Under the pieces are notes generated by a model, which was not told the DNA's origin, did no database searches, and saw only the letters and a program-made list of their open reading frames with translations. The position numbers were made by a program, and so were the translations under genes. A DNA stretch of 64,000 nt. It comes from Fistulifera solaris. Lineage: Eukaryota. The stretch lies in the NCBI GenBank assembly GCA_030295235.1, contig AP026129.1:1240001-1304000 (forward strand). Direction: 5' to 3'. Of the stretch, positions 34,884 through 48,700 are shown in pieces (the stretch's first letter is position 1; each line of letters begins with the position of its first letter).

Positions 34884-37800
34884 TTACGTATGGCGGAACT
34901 TCTTTTCTGGTGAAGAATATGTGCCATCCGTGGATGGTTTGCGCTTCAGATCCTCCGACGAATCGTTCCGTGACAGGTCAATGATTGTCTGTTCAGAAGG
35001 GGCGGGCTTTGGTTTGAGGAATGTAAGCAATCCTGTTTGGTGAGTTTGCGAGCCTTGCTTTGTGTTGCTTTCGGCTTCTGACTGGCGCTGTAATTGAACT
35101 TGTTCAAGACGTTCAAACGACTGTTTGGTCGCATCTAATACGTGAAGCTCTCTCGCAAGCTGATTTGCCCGGCGCTGGAGAACTGATTTGGACAGCGAAG
35201 ACGATTCTATGCTTTCCTCGTTCTCGAAAAACAACTCCAGAAGTCCTTCCGATAGGCCTATAGTGGGAATCTGCTTCAACAGCACCGCATCATTGATGCC
35301 GAGCCACCAGTTGGGTTTATCGATGAACTTGTCACCATTAGCTAACACTTTGATTGCGGCCTCGTTCAACCGTCGTGTCAAATCCATATCCTCATATCTT
35401 CCTACGAGCGACCGTATACGAGTTATTGATGATATCTGGCAATAAATCGTCTCGCACCCCTTGCGGTCCAGCATCGATGAAATTCGGATTTTTCTTCGCT
35501 CCTGCTCAGGTACGTCAAGTAGAAAATCGACCGCAGAGAAACCGAGAGGTCTCCCTGCATCGTCCAGAAGATCCAAAAAAGTTCCCCATTTGATTGTCTC
35601 CTTGTCAAACCACATGGGAATCTTCGGTCCCAAACCAATGAAAGAATGTGGATGTGAATGATTTGTGAAACTTGAAACAATGAGCTGACGAAGCTTGACA
35701 ACGAGCATCATGACCTTCTTGGCAAACGTGTCGGGCTCGGCAGCATACTCTTGCGCTTGACTTGCAACAGCCTCCATTTCCAGAAAATCTGACTCAATTC
35801 TAAGGAGTTCTGAAATATCTTTAGCTTGTTCTTTCGCCTCTCTTATCTTTCGCTTCAATTCATTCAGTAAGTCACGGCTTGTCTTCATGAGAATGCTACC
35901 AAGATTCTCCCATCCTTGCTCATTTGGGAGTACTTCCGACTTCGTGGAAGAGTTAATGAAATCAGGGATGCCGTGAACACAAAGAATAGACAAGATCAGT
36001 GTTTCAGTTTCGGTCAAACGGAGGAAATTGTTGGAAGTACCGGGCAACCCTGTAAGCGAATTGCTATCTTTGCACAATTTGCGTGCCTTTAGCAAGGCCG
36101 TTTCGCCAGCGGATGAGTTAGCAAGGGCAGACCCGGGTCTTGATACTTTGGAACCATTTTTGTGACAAAAGTAAGCTCCGATACTTTTAATGACGGGAAG
36201 ATTGGATCAGTTGCCTTTTTCGGTTTAACAGGCTCTTCACCAAGCATAACACGACAGACATTCTTGGCCTGATTTGCTCCTCTCGAAAGGCTTCTCTTCA
36301 CTAAATCAATTTGATTCATGATTTTTCTCGAATCGGAACTCGCGTCGCCACCTCTTTCTTTCGATTGTATCTCAAATGCAAACTTTGCTTCGGCGAAAGC
36401 TATCTCGCCAAGACGACGAATCGCTACATTCGTGGCTGGCATTTTTACAAGGCAGCGAAGAACCTCAGCAAGGAACACGTTACAGCGATCGCTCTGATCA
36501 AGAACAACAAAGGAATGGTTCACTTTTCCAACGTTGCTCTCATTTTTTATTGGTACAACTGCAATTCGACTTAAGACAAGTTTCGCTCTCTTCATCAAGT
36601 CTTTCCTGGTCGGCAGTTCAGTAACAGGACCATTTTCTGGTTCAAATTGCGAGAAGTCTACAATCCACGAATCGGAAGCGCCATCGTCCTTCGGTTTTAT
36701 TAGCCCATACGTTCGAGCAACTAAATTTGCGTTGAATCCCTTAAGTTCTCCTGAATGCAAGCCTTCAGCTTCGTTGGTCAGAAAGAGAGCAGCTCTTTTG
36801 CTACTTCAATGAACCTGTAACTTTCGCTTTGCTTTTGATCGCTCGTAGGTGTTTTCGATTCTTCAGCGTTGAAAGGAGAACCCCATCGTATTGAGGGATC
36901 ATTAGAGATCGCCCGACAGCATGATTCGTGTTCGATCCAGCCATGCTTCCAAATGGCGTAAAGAAGAACTGCATCGTGGTGACTATTCCACTGGGGATGT
37001 GGCAACCAAGATTTCTTGTCTATAACAACGATCTTTTGAAGTCGGTTGAAATCAACATTGCCACTCTCCGATATGGACTGGCTTACTACCTTCCAAGCAT
37101 CGTGCAAAGAGTGCAACTCGCGAGTAAGCGTTTCCCGAGCCGCAATTTCTTTACTGACTTTGATGGTTCGGTTCGGTTGTAGACTAGCTGCACTGGTGCA
37201 TAGTGTTCAAGAAACGCGCTAATCGACGCAACACTGACTGTGTCTTCGCTTAGAAGCAAATGTTCGGAACGCGCTTGGTCGCTTGACCGTTTAGATTCCG
37301 CCTTGCTTGACTCTAGTAGGTCAATGTGGGTATTTACCATGCTCAACAATTCGGGATGGATACTTTTGCCGACTGCAAGACATCCTCGACAGACGTGAAC
37401 TAGACAGGACCGTGAGGATGCTGATACCTTTGTTTTGTCTTCTACAATAACCGACTTACCACTGTTCCCGAGTAAACATACCTCGTTTGACCAGCCGAGC
37501 TTCCTTCAGTTTCAACATTCGCAGTCCATCCCCGCGTCTTTAATGAAGGCCATACAGACCTCGCAAATTTAGAATGAATATCATTGATTGTCAGTTCACT
37601 CGGAGGTGGCTTTCTAAGAATACGGCTAAGAGTCTTGCTGTCCCTAGGAGTAGAGGTTGAAGCGTAGTCCACAGCGTCGCGCACAGCTTGCCCAGCCCAT
37701 GACGAAACCGACTTCCAAAGATATTTGAATGCCTTTTCAAGTTCTTCATCGGAAACATTACTTGATTCTTCTTCGAGCAAGTTTGCTTTGCTTGCTAGTA

Positions 37801-40800
37801 CGCCGCCATTTTGCCTGTCTTCTTCGTGCGTCTCAACTGCTTTCTGCTTCAAGATCCGCTCGTCTTTCTTCTTTGCAACCTGAGCTTCTTCTTGTGCAGC
37901 TTCGATCAAACTGGTGAGAACTAACGACCAGCTCATTCGCTTCAGCTGCCGCCAAATGGAAATTGAATTAAGTGTGTAGTGCAAACAAAGTGGATCAGCA
38001 CAGAGATATCCTTACCTCAGTCGAATCGTACTCTTTTGAAAGGTTGAGAAGGCACTCGAAAGCCGCCCAGTCTCTCAAGTTGTACCCGTAGGAGGATAAA
38101 GCTCTAACGAGAAGATCAGCGTCATCCTTACTCCATTGGTTAGATTCTGTACCACCCCACTTCAGACGCTCACCCTCAACTCCGCTGTTTTCCAATTCTG
38201 TGTCACTTTCACCGTCACCGTCGGACTCATTGATGCCCAAAGATAGTTCAAGGCTCTTTTGGTAAGCCGCATCTGAGTAGTTCGATTTGGTTCTTTGTCG
38301 AGGTCCCAAATCGACGTCCATATCAGTATTGCTGGATTCACCAATCATCTTGGCCCAAAAATCAGGATCTTCTATATCGATGTCTTCATTGTTCTGTTTG
38401 TTGGGATCAGGTGACTTAGCCGTGACTGTGAACCGTGCCTTTGAAAAAGTTCCGCCGGCTGCGTTGCTTTGACTACCAGTGTTTTCGTGCACAACCGTGC
38501 GACTTCTACTGTCTAGAATAGCGTCTATGTCTGATTGAATAAAATCGTTTGACTCGGCTTCTGCGGTTCCGGCTTTTTCCTCATTAAAAATGTCGTAAGC
38601 GCCATGACGAAGTAATCTTTCTACCTCTTCCTTTGACAGCGAGCCCTCGCCAGTGGAGTTGCTTTCAAAGCCCTTCAACACAACTTGGTCTAAACCCATC
38701 TTTAGGGAACTCATATGGAACATTTGCATTTCGTAAGTTTTTCGTGTCAGTAATCTGTAGTTTTGAATGTTAGAACAGAAGTGCTAAGTTTCGTGTAACC
38801 AACGACAAAAATTCGCACCTGTAGACTTTGACCGCTTTTGTTTGCCCGATCCGATGACACCTCGCTTGCGCTTGAAGATCGTTCTGTAAGGAACAAGAGA
38901 CAAATTGAGTTCCGGATATGGATATCTTGGGATCACGACAGGAAAAGAGACACTCGTAACGTACTTGTGGGTTAAAGTCGCTATCAAAGATAATCACCGT
39001 GTCGGCAGCAGTGGGATTAATACCGACCCCGCCTGCGCGAGTGGAAAGCATCATAATGAAAGGGAGTTCTTTGCCGTCAGAAGGCGCAGCTTGAAAACGA
39101 TCGATGGCTTGCTGCCTTCGATTGCCAGTTATGGAACCGTCAATACGCTCATATTTCATGCTGCGTACATTCAAGTAGTCCTCCAGGATGTCAAGCATTA
39201 TCTTGAACTGGGAAAATATAAGAACCCGATGGCCTTCTTCTTTCAGACGCGGTAGGAGTTTGTCAAGCAGGACAAGTTTCCCAGACGCTTTGACCAAGTA
39301 TTCAACTTCTGATAGTTCACGGTTTTCTCTGCGAAATTCTTCCTCCACACCATTCAGCAGAAATAGATGATTGCAGCATTTGCGTAACTCCATAGCTAGA
39401 TTGTTGAGACCGGGACCATCAAGAGCCTTCTTTTTGTTCTTATGCAAAAACTTAAGATTCTTTTTCGAAGAGAGCTCTGTACCATTGCTTCTGGTCCAGC
39501 GTAAGTTCTACTTCAATAAGCGTTTCACTTTTCTGAGGCACGCTCTTTTCCACATCTTCTTTCAGTCGGCGTAGTATGTATGGTCGTATTGTCTCATGAA
39601 GCGCATCCACGCTATCCTTGCTCTTCATGTCCCCGTAAGCTTTCATGAATGCATCCTGATCGTCAAACGCATCCGAGTCAAGAATGCTAAGAAGAGACCA
39701 AAACTCTTCAACAGAGTTTTGAATGGGCGTTCCGGTAAGTAGAAGTTTACTTGCGAACTCAAATCGCTCGTCGCGAAGGTTCACTGCAAGCTTAGAGGAT
39801 CGGTTTTTGAGTCGGTGCGCCTCGTCGACGACAACCAACTCCCACTCGATCGCTGTTAACTCTGCATAATCATCAGCAACGATCATCTCGGGAGTCGTGA
39901 TGACGACATCTACCATCCACGGACTTTCGACCTTATTTGGCTTGCGCGGGCCACACTTTCGTAGAAAGAGCTGGTTGAAGGCCACTCCAGCCTGCGGTCT
40001 GTCACTGTCGTATGCCATTTCAAATTGCCTGATCAAGTCGCGATCCGTCGCAGATCCATGATAGATTATTGTGTTGAGATCTGTCCAAGACTGGAATTCT
40101 CGGTACCAGTGGGAAATGGTTGACAACGGAACAACGACGAGCACAGGACCAATAACACAAAGCTTTGTCTTCAAAATATTTACAAACGCAGCAGTCTTTC
40201 GCGAGAAAATCCGACGAAAAGTAAGATGAGTGAAAAGCCACCATCAACTTCATCAAAAGAAACGGTGGACGTACCTGAAGGGTCTATTGACGCAGACAAA
40301 GAAAAAAAGAAGGATTATGAGGCATAGACGAGATTCGTGTCAACAAACAACCCATAAGAAGACAAGAACGTACCTTTCCAAGACCCATTTCGTCCGCCAA
40401 GATAGAGCAACGATGGTCTAAATAGTTCACTAACATCCAAGCGATGCCCTCCGCCTGATAATCTCTCAGTTGTCCGCCATTTTTATACACCACAGACTGT
40501 AGCTCTTTTTGGTATTTTTCGATTTCAGCAGCTCTTTCTTCTTCGTCCTCGATGCCGAAAACATCATTCTCCAAGCGCCGGCGTTCTAACTGACCTTCTC
40601 TAAGAACCAGCTCCATTTCCTTCCTGGAAGGCTTATGACTTCGTCGGAGGAAAGCCTTGACGTGATCTTTGTATTCGACCTCGCACAATATCAAGTCACG
40701 CTCAAATTCGTACGTCGCATCCGTATACGGCATATTCTTCCATTTGATCAAAAACTGCCGCCCCGTCCCGTTTTCAAAACTTGGGTCACTCTTATCGAAC

Positions 40801-41704
40801 ACCATTCCGAACGAGTTTGCGTCGTATTCGTCTTCCTTTTCCAATGTCATAAGTTCGTGCTCGAATTTGTCGGGAGGCGATACACCCAGAATGCGGTCGA
40901 TTTCGGTAAAGGCGGGGTCAAAGTAATCACCATCATTGCGCTCATCGGCAGTAAACAGCAACCCGTGGTGGCTTTTGCGAAAAAATGTCGTCAAGTATGT
41001 TTTCGCTCCCTCGACCTGATCCACCATATCCGCTTGCGTCTCCCACGATACATGCAGGTACGAAAGATCGGCCCATTTGACCAGAAACCGTTCCTCGTAA
41101 ATGTCGTCATCTTTTCCTTCCGATGACTGAAACCAACGACTGCCGTAATCAATCTCGGACGTGTTGATGTTTCGACAGATTTCATTCCATCGACCCCTTG
41201 GCTCGGAACGCGAAGCGAGAATGCGTTGAATTTTAAGAGGCTCGTCGTCCTCGTCATCCTCCTCGGAGGACGCGTTCGAGGCTTGCTCATCCGAACTTTC
41301 ATTTCCATCGTCACTGTGCGGCTCCGTCGGAGGTAAACTTCGTCGACGTTGCACATGACGACGTGCCGGAGACTTGACCGGACTAGCGTTCATGGGCCGA
41401 GGGGGTCGCGCTAACGAGTCCATCGGTTCGGCGAGACTGCTGGAGAACTTGGTCGAACGGGAGGAAACGCGGCGATTGGTCTTCGATCGTACCGGAAGTT
41501 CTTCCTCCTCCGAGTCCGAGTCGTTGGAGGACGCCATATCAATGACTCCATCATTTTCACTCAAACTGTACGAAGGAGCAGCCTTTCGTCGTGTGCGGCG
41601 ATTCTGATGAAAGATTATTAGCGCGATTGTTATCGTCAATCAGAGGCATCACGTAAAGTCTGTAATCTCACCTGGCCATCATCGCCCCCGTCGTCTGATG
41701 CCAT
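34884..41704 (-). CDS. CHD-family chromatin remodeler (two chromodomains + SNF2 helicase), multi-exon, several frameshifts
   Basis: [16 protein letters not shown] and [88 protein letters not shown]. Confidence 0.95.
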
Positions 41705-42502
41705 CGTCGCGTCGCTACTTTGTCACTTGACGATTAATTGATTCGATCTAGGAATAGACTTAATATCGATGTAACTTTCGTTTGTAACACTCTTGTCGGT
41801 CCAAAGTGAGTTACGTAACAACAACAACGATGGTTCGGTGCAGCGGCGCAGCTTTCGGCCAATGCAGGTATGACCGCGGTGACCGGCGGCGGGGTATGCT
41901 GGCGTATAAGACGTTGAATACTTATTGAATATATTTCCGCTGACACGCCTGTCAAGTTGAAACGCGCTCCCAATCGAAAAGGACGCCTGTGGGTGGAAAT
42001 TGAAAAAAGTACTCTTTGCCTTTCTTGGTATCCAACCAGTATTGTTCCATTATGAAAAATAAAGTGCTTTGGATACCCACTTGGCGCGCCCGGCGGAAAT
42101 ACTGTGTTTTTAAATCGGGGTACCGGTACCGGTCAATCTGTCCTGTGTTCTTATTTGTAGAAGGGTCGTACACAATGAAACGGTTCGCGTTTCGCGTTCC
42201 TACCCATAACGCTAACTAGATTATGAGAACAATTCCGTTCGACTATTGTATGGTATACGGAGTAGAATGTTGGAGGATAATGTTGCACACGAAGCTACAA
42301 AAGCCCCCTCGCTCGTCGCGCACAGTGCATTGACTTCGTTCGTTTCTCCGCCAAGGTATTTTCACTTAGATTAACAACATAACGTCTTGATCGTTTTACA
42401 AGAGAGCTGAGAACCGACAGAAGCTGCGAATTTGAGTTGGTATTGCAGTCGAATAGGTTTCATAAAAGTCGGATTCGAAAGAAACAGATACAACGCGGAA
42501 GG

Positions 42503-43867
42503 ATGGCGGGTCTGAACGAGGGCCGCTACGTAACAGAGCTGAGACCGTGTGACGTTCTGTTCGGGCGAGGCTCGGGTCCGAACGATCATGAAGGCAACAT
42601 TCGATTTCGCCAACTCGTAGCGGAGCGCAAAAGTGAGTACATGGCCACGAGCCACCGTATCACCAAGGCCACGATCGCCAAGGAAATTGTAGATCAAGTG
42701 TTTGCGGCCAATGGGAGGTTCATGAAAAAATTAGAACCGAGCGAGTTAAAAGAAATGGGTCTCCCGGAAGAGAGTGACGTGTGGGAAATTGCAGGAGATG
42801 ATACGATCATGGAAAAGGCCAAGCAAGCACTGCGACAGAACAATCAAAAAGGCAAAGATCACAGCATTTCACCACTGCGTTCCGGACCGAGGAGTGTTTC
42901 TCCGCAGAGCGGTACATCACCGCAGCGGAGTCATTCTCCCATGGCACCGAATCGAGTCAATACAGCTTATCCTTCCAACGTCCGTCAGTCCAGTCTCAAT
43001 CTTGACGAGATTGAGCCGATCCCTCTCATCCCACAACCCGGTCCGCAACTAGTGCAGTCGAGGCTCAACACGCCGCCATCATGGGAAAAGCAACGAGGAT
43101 ATGTCACAGCCGAGCCACGAAATACGCCGGTCAATGTGTCACAGCCATTGTACGAAAATAATCTTCCCGAGAACGAGATGCCTCGCCGCAATGCGATACC
43201 GGAAGGTGGAAAACGCGGTAGCATAACCATGCAAGAACTTTCGAAATTTCATGAACGTCGACACGCCATTGAAGTACAAGAGATGACGGATTCGTTCAAA
43301 AGCATGAAGACATCGGAGAAGAATTTGGGGATGTTAAGTTCTACGGATACCATGGGAACCATTGAACCTATCGGCGGCGTGGGTGATATGAGTATCGGGA
43401 CGATGGAGAGCTCTACTTTTTCATTCTTTCGTGGAAATGACAGTGTCATAGACGATGCGGAATTGGATGAAAAAATTGCTCAGATCGAAGCTCAAGTGGG
43501 ACAGTATCGGAAACGATCCGGAAAAACGGGATCCAGTTTCGCCTCCACGGCGTCATCACTGCAGAATATGAGCATCGGCAGCCTGGGGACCGACTTTGGA
43601 TCTGATTTTCGACGGTTATCCGCGCTGAGTACGGGAAGCAACAATTCCGTTCTCTTCTCCGGCAAGGATTTGGATTTCCTTTCACCATCCGGCGGATATC
43701 AGCCGGGAACAGTACCCGAATTGGGTGAGAGTGCCGAAGATTTTGATGACTATGAAATAGGTTCATCCTCACTGTCTCATTTAAAGTCGGCTCTGTCGCT
43801 CGACACGAATGGAGCATCGGAATCGATTCCCCCGACGGAGGATGACGGTTATGCCTACGGGAAATGA
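42503..43867 (+). CDS. DUF6824-type protein (diatom-expanded family) with disordered C-terminus
   Basis: DVLFGRGSGPNDHEGNIRFRQLV...Y...K...IV......GRF...W.......EKAKQALR. Confidence 0.85.
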   Translation: MAGLNEGRYVTELRPCDVLFGRGSGPNDHEGNIRFRQLVAERKSEYMATSHRITKATIAKEIVDQVFAANGRFMKKLEPSELKEMGLPEESDVWEIAGDDTIMEKAKQALRQNNQKGKDHSISPLRSGPRSVSPQSGTSPQRSHSPMAPNRVNTAYPSNVRQSSLNLDEIEPIPLIPQPGPQLVQSRLNTPPSWEKQRGYVTAEPRNTPVNVSQPLYENNLPENEMPRRNAIPEGGKRGSITMQELSKFHERRHAIEVQEMTDSFKSMKTSEKNLGMLSSTDTMGTIEPIGGVGDMSIGTMESSTFSFFRGNDSVIDDAELDEKIAQIEAQVGQYRKRSGKTGSSFASTASSLQNMSIGSLGTDFGSDFRRLSALSTGSNNSVLFSGKDLDFLSPSGGYQPGTVPELGESAEDFDDYEIGSSSLSHLKSALSLDTNGASESIPPTEDDGYAYGK

Positions 43868-44299
43868 TTACGTTTGCTTGGATACGTACATACGTAGTGT
43901 ATAGTTCTATTCTAGTATTTAGTTTGTGATTCTGTTGCTCTCAAAAAATTATAGTTAGTGGGGGTCTTAGGAATTATCTTTACAATCGTGAATTCATCAC
44001 ACGGATGGCATCATCATCATCATCATCATCAATCGTGACTGCATCGATCCGTGTATCGTGGCTCTCACATAAAGTGTTGCACCGGTACTCAACGAGACTC
44101 TTAGCACTATTCGTAAAGCGTCATTTTTCGCAGAGGTTCTTCGCGACGCGGAATGACGCACAGCGACAGCGACGAAGGCAACTCTTGGCACTGCACCGAC
44201 ACCTTCGTTGCAAATCATCTTTACTTTATGCGCGGTTTGACAATTCAGATTTACAAACACACTCGTTTCCTCATTCTCCCTATCATTTAGTAATTTGAA

Positions 44300-45155
44300 A
44301 TGCGGTCGCTTGGTGACGCAACAAAAAGCGCGCCCGAGGCAGCGCATGACACGGTTGCGGGAACAACGCCGGACGAATTACCCTGGGACAGCAGCCACCG
44401 GGAAGACGCCTTCCAGCAAACAATTCTCTTTTTTCAAAACGAAATCGAAGAGCTGGTGACGATGGGTGTCGAGGCCTTTCATCATTCCGAAAAGGCAGCC
44501 CGCGAACTCCAAGCCCTTCGTGAAGAATTGAAAAGCAAACAAGACGAGCTCGAGCGTGTGCGTGGAGCGGAAGAGAAAAAGTCGAACGACCGTGGCGGTA
44601 CGTAATTGCATGCAAGTGTGCGTTTGGTGATGAAATAAGAACTGACGATCGATTCTTGTTGATTCGCTTAAATTTCCACAGAATCTCCTGAACGCCCTCG
44701 AAGTCTCCCGCGTCCAAGCCGGCGAAGAAGCCCGATCCGCCGTGGCGGAAGCCCAATTGCGCGCCGATGTGAGTGTCTACAAGCGACAGCGCGACGAAGC
44801 CCACCAGACCGCGGCCGAATCGTCCCGTAAAGTCACCTTGTTGTCGGACGAATTGCACCAAACCAAGACCCAACTCGCCCGCGTCACGCAAGAGAAAATG
44901 AAACTCGATCGGGATCAGCGTGTCGCTCTGTCGATTGCCAAGAGTCTCGACAGTCAGAACGCCGACGTGGATTATTACAAACGGAAGGTGACAGAATTGT
45001 CAGGTAATTTGCAGTCCATGTACACGACAATGGCAGAGAAAGATCGTCAGATGGAGAATTTGCACAGTCAGTTGGAGCGTCAAATGAATCAGAATTCGTT
45101 GGCGCAATGGCGGAACGGAGAATTTGAAAGCTCGCGCAAACGCATGTTTCCGTGA
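44300..45155 (+). CDS. Coiled-coil protein of unknown function, two exons
   Basis: E/Q/K/R-rich heptad pattern; GTACG...CACAG intron ~44598-44681; frameshift at the A-run ~44578. Confidence 0.6.
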
Positions 45156-45714
45156 ATATGCCCGAGCATGTTTGATATCGTCTGCAATCGGTGCTGTGGA
45201 CTGTTTCTGTTTTGCATTCCTATTTTGGTAGCCTAGAAAGTGTCTCTCTAGTTTGTAATCAAGAATGAGAAACGACGTCATTCATTTATAAGTGATTATT
45301 GATAATTTTGGAATATGTTCTTTACTTATGAATGAAATTCGATGAAACTATAGCAAAATAACAACTAAAACACATATACTGACATTTACTCCTAATTTCC
45401 TCAAGGCAGAAATGCAAATTTGACGTTCGTTTGCATTTTCTTTGGCTTCTGGTCCTCAGAAGCTCCGTTTCCTGAAACACTGTACCACAGTTAGTAGTAA
45501 AGTGACAAACCTGCACCGGATTCCCATTGCGGTGGATTGCGCTGTGGCGCGCCATCTCTCGCAAAATATTGCGTGAGGGACGGACTATGGACGGACGGTC
45601 ATTTGTGCGTGACGACTTCGGCGTTTTCACAACGGTTGACCATGGCGCTTTCGAACAACGAGAGTACTTGTATTGCGATTCGTTCCTCAATTAGTAGCTT
45701 TGCGTTCAACAATT

Positions 45715-48700
45715 ATGACACAACAACTGGAATTAGCGCTGATACCTCAGGGAGAATTGCGGACAGCGGCGTCATCCACGAAGAATGAAAATCTCACCGA
45801 ACTGTACGAGCATTATGCGTCACTCTTCCCCAATCCGCATTTGATTCGAGAACAACAAGAACGTCGTAAACTGTTAGAAGCGATAGCGGCAGCATCGCAT
45901 CAAAAAGAGGCAAAGAAACCATCGGGATGGTTTGGTTTTTGTGGGGACGAAAATCTGAGGAAGATTCAAGGAATGACGACGACACTACCATCGACGCCTC
46001 CTCGCAACTTTGCTATCAATTACCCAACAATGATGCAGATGCCTTGTTGGGAACCGATTCCCTGGATACGTCTTGCATTCCCATGGAAGCACATGCGGCT
46101 GCTCGATGGCAGTTGACGTCGTCACGCGCACATACTCCCCCTCGTCGTCCGATCGGCGTGGGAACGCCCTGGCACTCCTCTCTTGACGATTCTGGATTTC
46201 GGGATTCTAGTCGAAGCGAAAAACGATACGGCTCAAATACAATATACTTCCGATTACGAACGCCTGCAACAGCTCAGCGGTGTGTCGCATTCCATCCGCG
46301 CCTGCTGTGTTGGACCGAATCTGTTGGCCGTCTCGTGGGGTTGCAACGATGTGATACTGTATCGTCGACTCATCGCGGGGCATTCCGGAAAGGATTGGCA
46401 AGCCGTGGCTATCCTATGTCCTTCTCCGGATGTTTTAGAAGAACTGGGAGAAGATGAAGCTTATTTACAAGAGTCGTTGTTGTTGCGAGTCACCGACATG
46501 GTACCTTTGGTGGTCGAACAAATGGATCAAATACCGGCCGTGACGTTGGCGATTGCGCGATTGAGTGGTTTTGTGGAATTAGTGCCACTGCCTCACGCCC
46601 TGTGGTACGGACCCGAACTCAGTGTTTCGCCACAAAAGAATAACAAACTGCCCATATTACAGACTGCAACGGTATTGTCGACGGCCGAATATCATTTGGA
46701 TATCACTGCGCTGGATGCGTTTCGGACCCGTGTCGAAGAAGACACCGTCTGGGATCAAGAACGGTATCCCCATTTACCTCCAGCTGAGTATGTACTGGCA
46801 GCCACCGGTTCCAACGAACAGCAACACCAGGTGGTGACCTTTTGGTCGATCAGTACCGTGTTAGGATCACCCGATGCACCTCTTACGATAGGTTTCTCCT
46901 TAGTGGCGCAACTCGCGGAAATTTGGGATTTAGGAAAGGCGGGACCGGATATCAGTATCATGGCCACGGAAGGAATCCTGCAACACTGGAGAAAACCACG
47001 TATCGTAGAACTCCGCGACGAGGCAGAGTCGAACGAAAATCTAAACGAAATGCGCGTCACCACTTTGTCGCTGGCCGCTCCGATCGTATCTCTGCGGTTT
47101 CTTTGTGAAACTGACTGTATACGGTTAGCTATGCTGGATTGGAATAGTGGGGTGACGGTACTGGATTGTGATTTGTTGGAACGAAGTGCATCACAGTCGT
47201 TGTCCCTCGATGAATACGAGATGATTCATAGGAATGAAGCGGAGCACTCGGTTCCTTTGGTCCGTTTGATAAGTCACCGCAGCTCGGTTCTTGAATCCTT
47301 GTGGAAAGATCCGCCCCCTACGATTGTGGGCGTCGAGTGGCCCAGTCGTGCTCTGCTCAGGGGCTCTCCTGTAGATTCCTGTATCATGGCTTTGTCGACG
47401 AGACCATCCGCATTGCATATTGTGCCGATTGGGTTGGATCCTTCTCTGCCGCTCACTTCTGTAGATATACCGGGCTCGGCTGTTTCCCGCTTGCATCGAC
47501 TACCCAGTGGTGGGAAAATCTCTACCATTACAACACTCTCAAAGTCAACTTTCAATGGCAATGAACAAGAAGTAGTTTTCGCCAAGCTCGAAGCGCTAGA
47601 TGCAAAGAAATTGTACGTGCATTGGCACGCGATTCCAAGTGGCAAGAAGCGATTTCCACGTATTCAACCATATCAGCAGAAGACCAGCAGGCAGTTGAAG
47701 ACACTATAGAAGACTGTAGACGGCAGCTTTGGAGATCGAATCGGGATTTTACTTGTCTGGAAGACATCAAAGATGCTGAGTACGTTTTTCAAGAAGCTCT
47801 TCGTTTCGGCGACCTGCATTCCGATGAAGATGATGACTTGCAATTGTTCGACCAATATCGCCGGGTACACAAAGCATCTCTCGCCAGATTGCTGAAAGAG
47901 GATCAAACTAGCTCGATCTCTCAGCAAATACACAGCATCAGAGAACGGCTGATAATGGCTGGCACGTACGAGCTGCTGTGCGCATACATGGGCGTGCCGT
48001 CCACATTTCAAAGATTCCATCAAGAGTTTTTACCGGTAACGCCGTCAGAGTTGGCCATAAGCTTTGCTCGGATGTCGGACATGGTTGCGCTCTCTGTGAT
48101 CTGTTGCAGGCATTACCGCACGTGCTTAGACGGATTTAAGGTTCTGGATGAAATCCCTCTTACGATCCCAACACACGAGTATCAACATTTGTTACCGGTC
48201 ACCAGAGATGATGGGTTTTTCTTTTTTGAAAAAAGCGATTCTATTGCGAGCATTGAGCGGATGCCCGAATTCGTCAAAAACCTATTCGAGGTTGATTGTA
48301 TTCTAGATACTGAGGACGCAAGGCTCGTCCTTGAGGATTCCATGTCTGATCGAAAGAGCAAGGAAAGCAAACGTAAAACCGAAGAGTGGTATCTTGCAAG
48401 AACGCACAAAATCGAATCTTTTCTTTCGGCCGTTTCAGATCTTTGTTCTTTTACAAGACTATCATTGATTGCTCTCGCAATCGATAAGGATACAGTGGAT
48501 AGTCCTGCTGCTAATCGACTACTTTTATTGCAGCAAAAATATCGAATTATGCTTGATATGGCAGCTGATAGATTGTACAATGGGGAGTTTGTTAAAAGGT
48601 TCAACAACTTCCATGATGATTTGGAATGCATGGCTCTGGAAGAACTACTTGGTTTGGTGCTGGAAGGAGAAGAGAAACAAGAGCGAATCATTCATAAATT

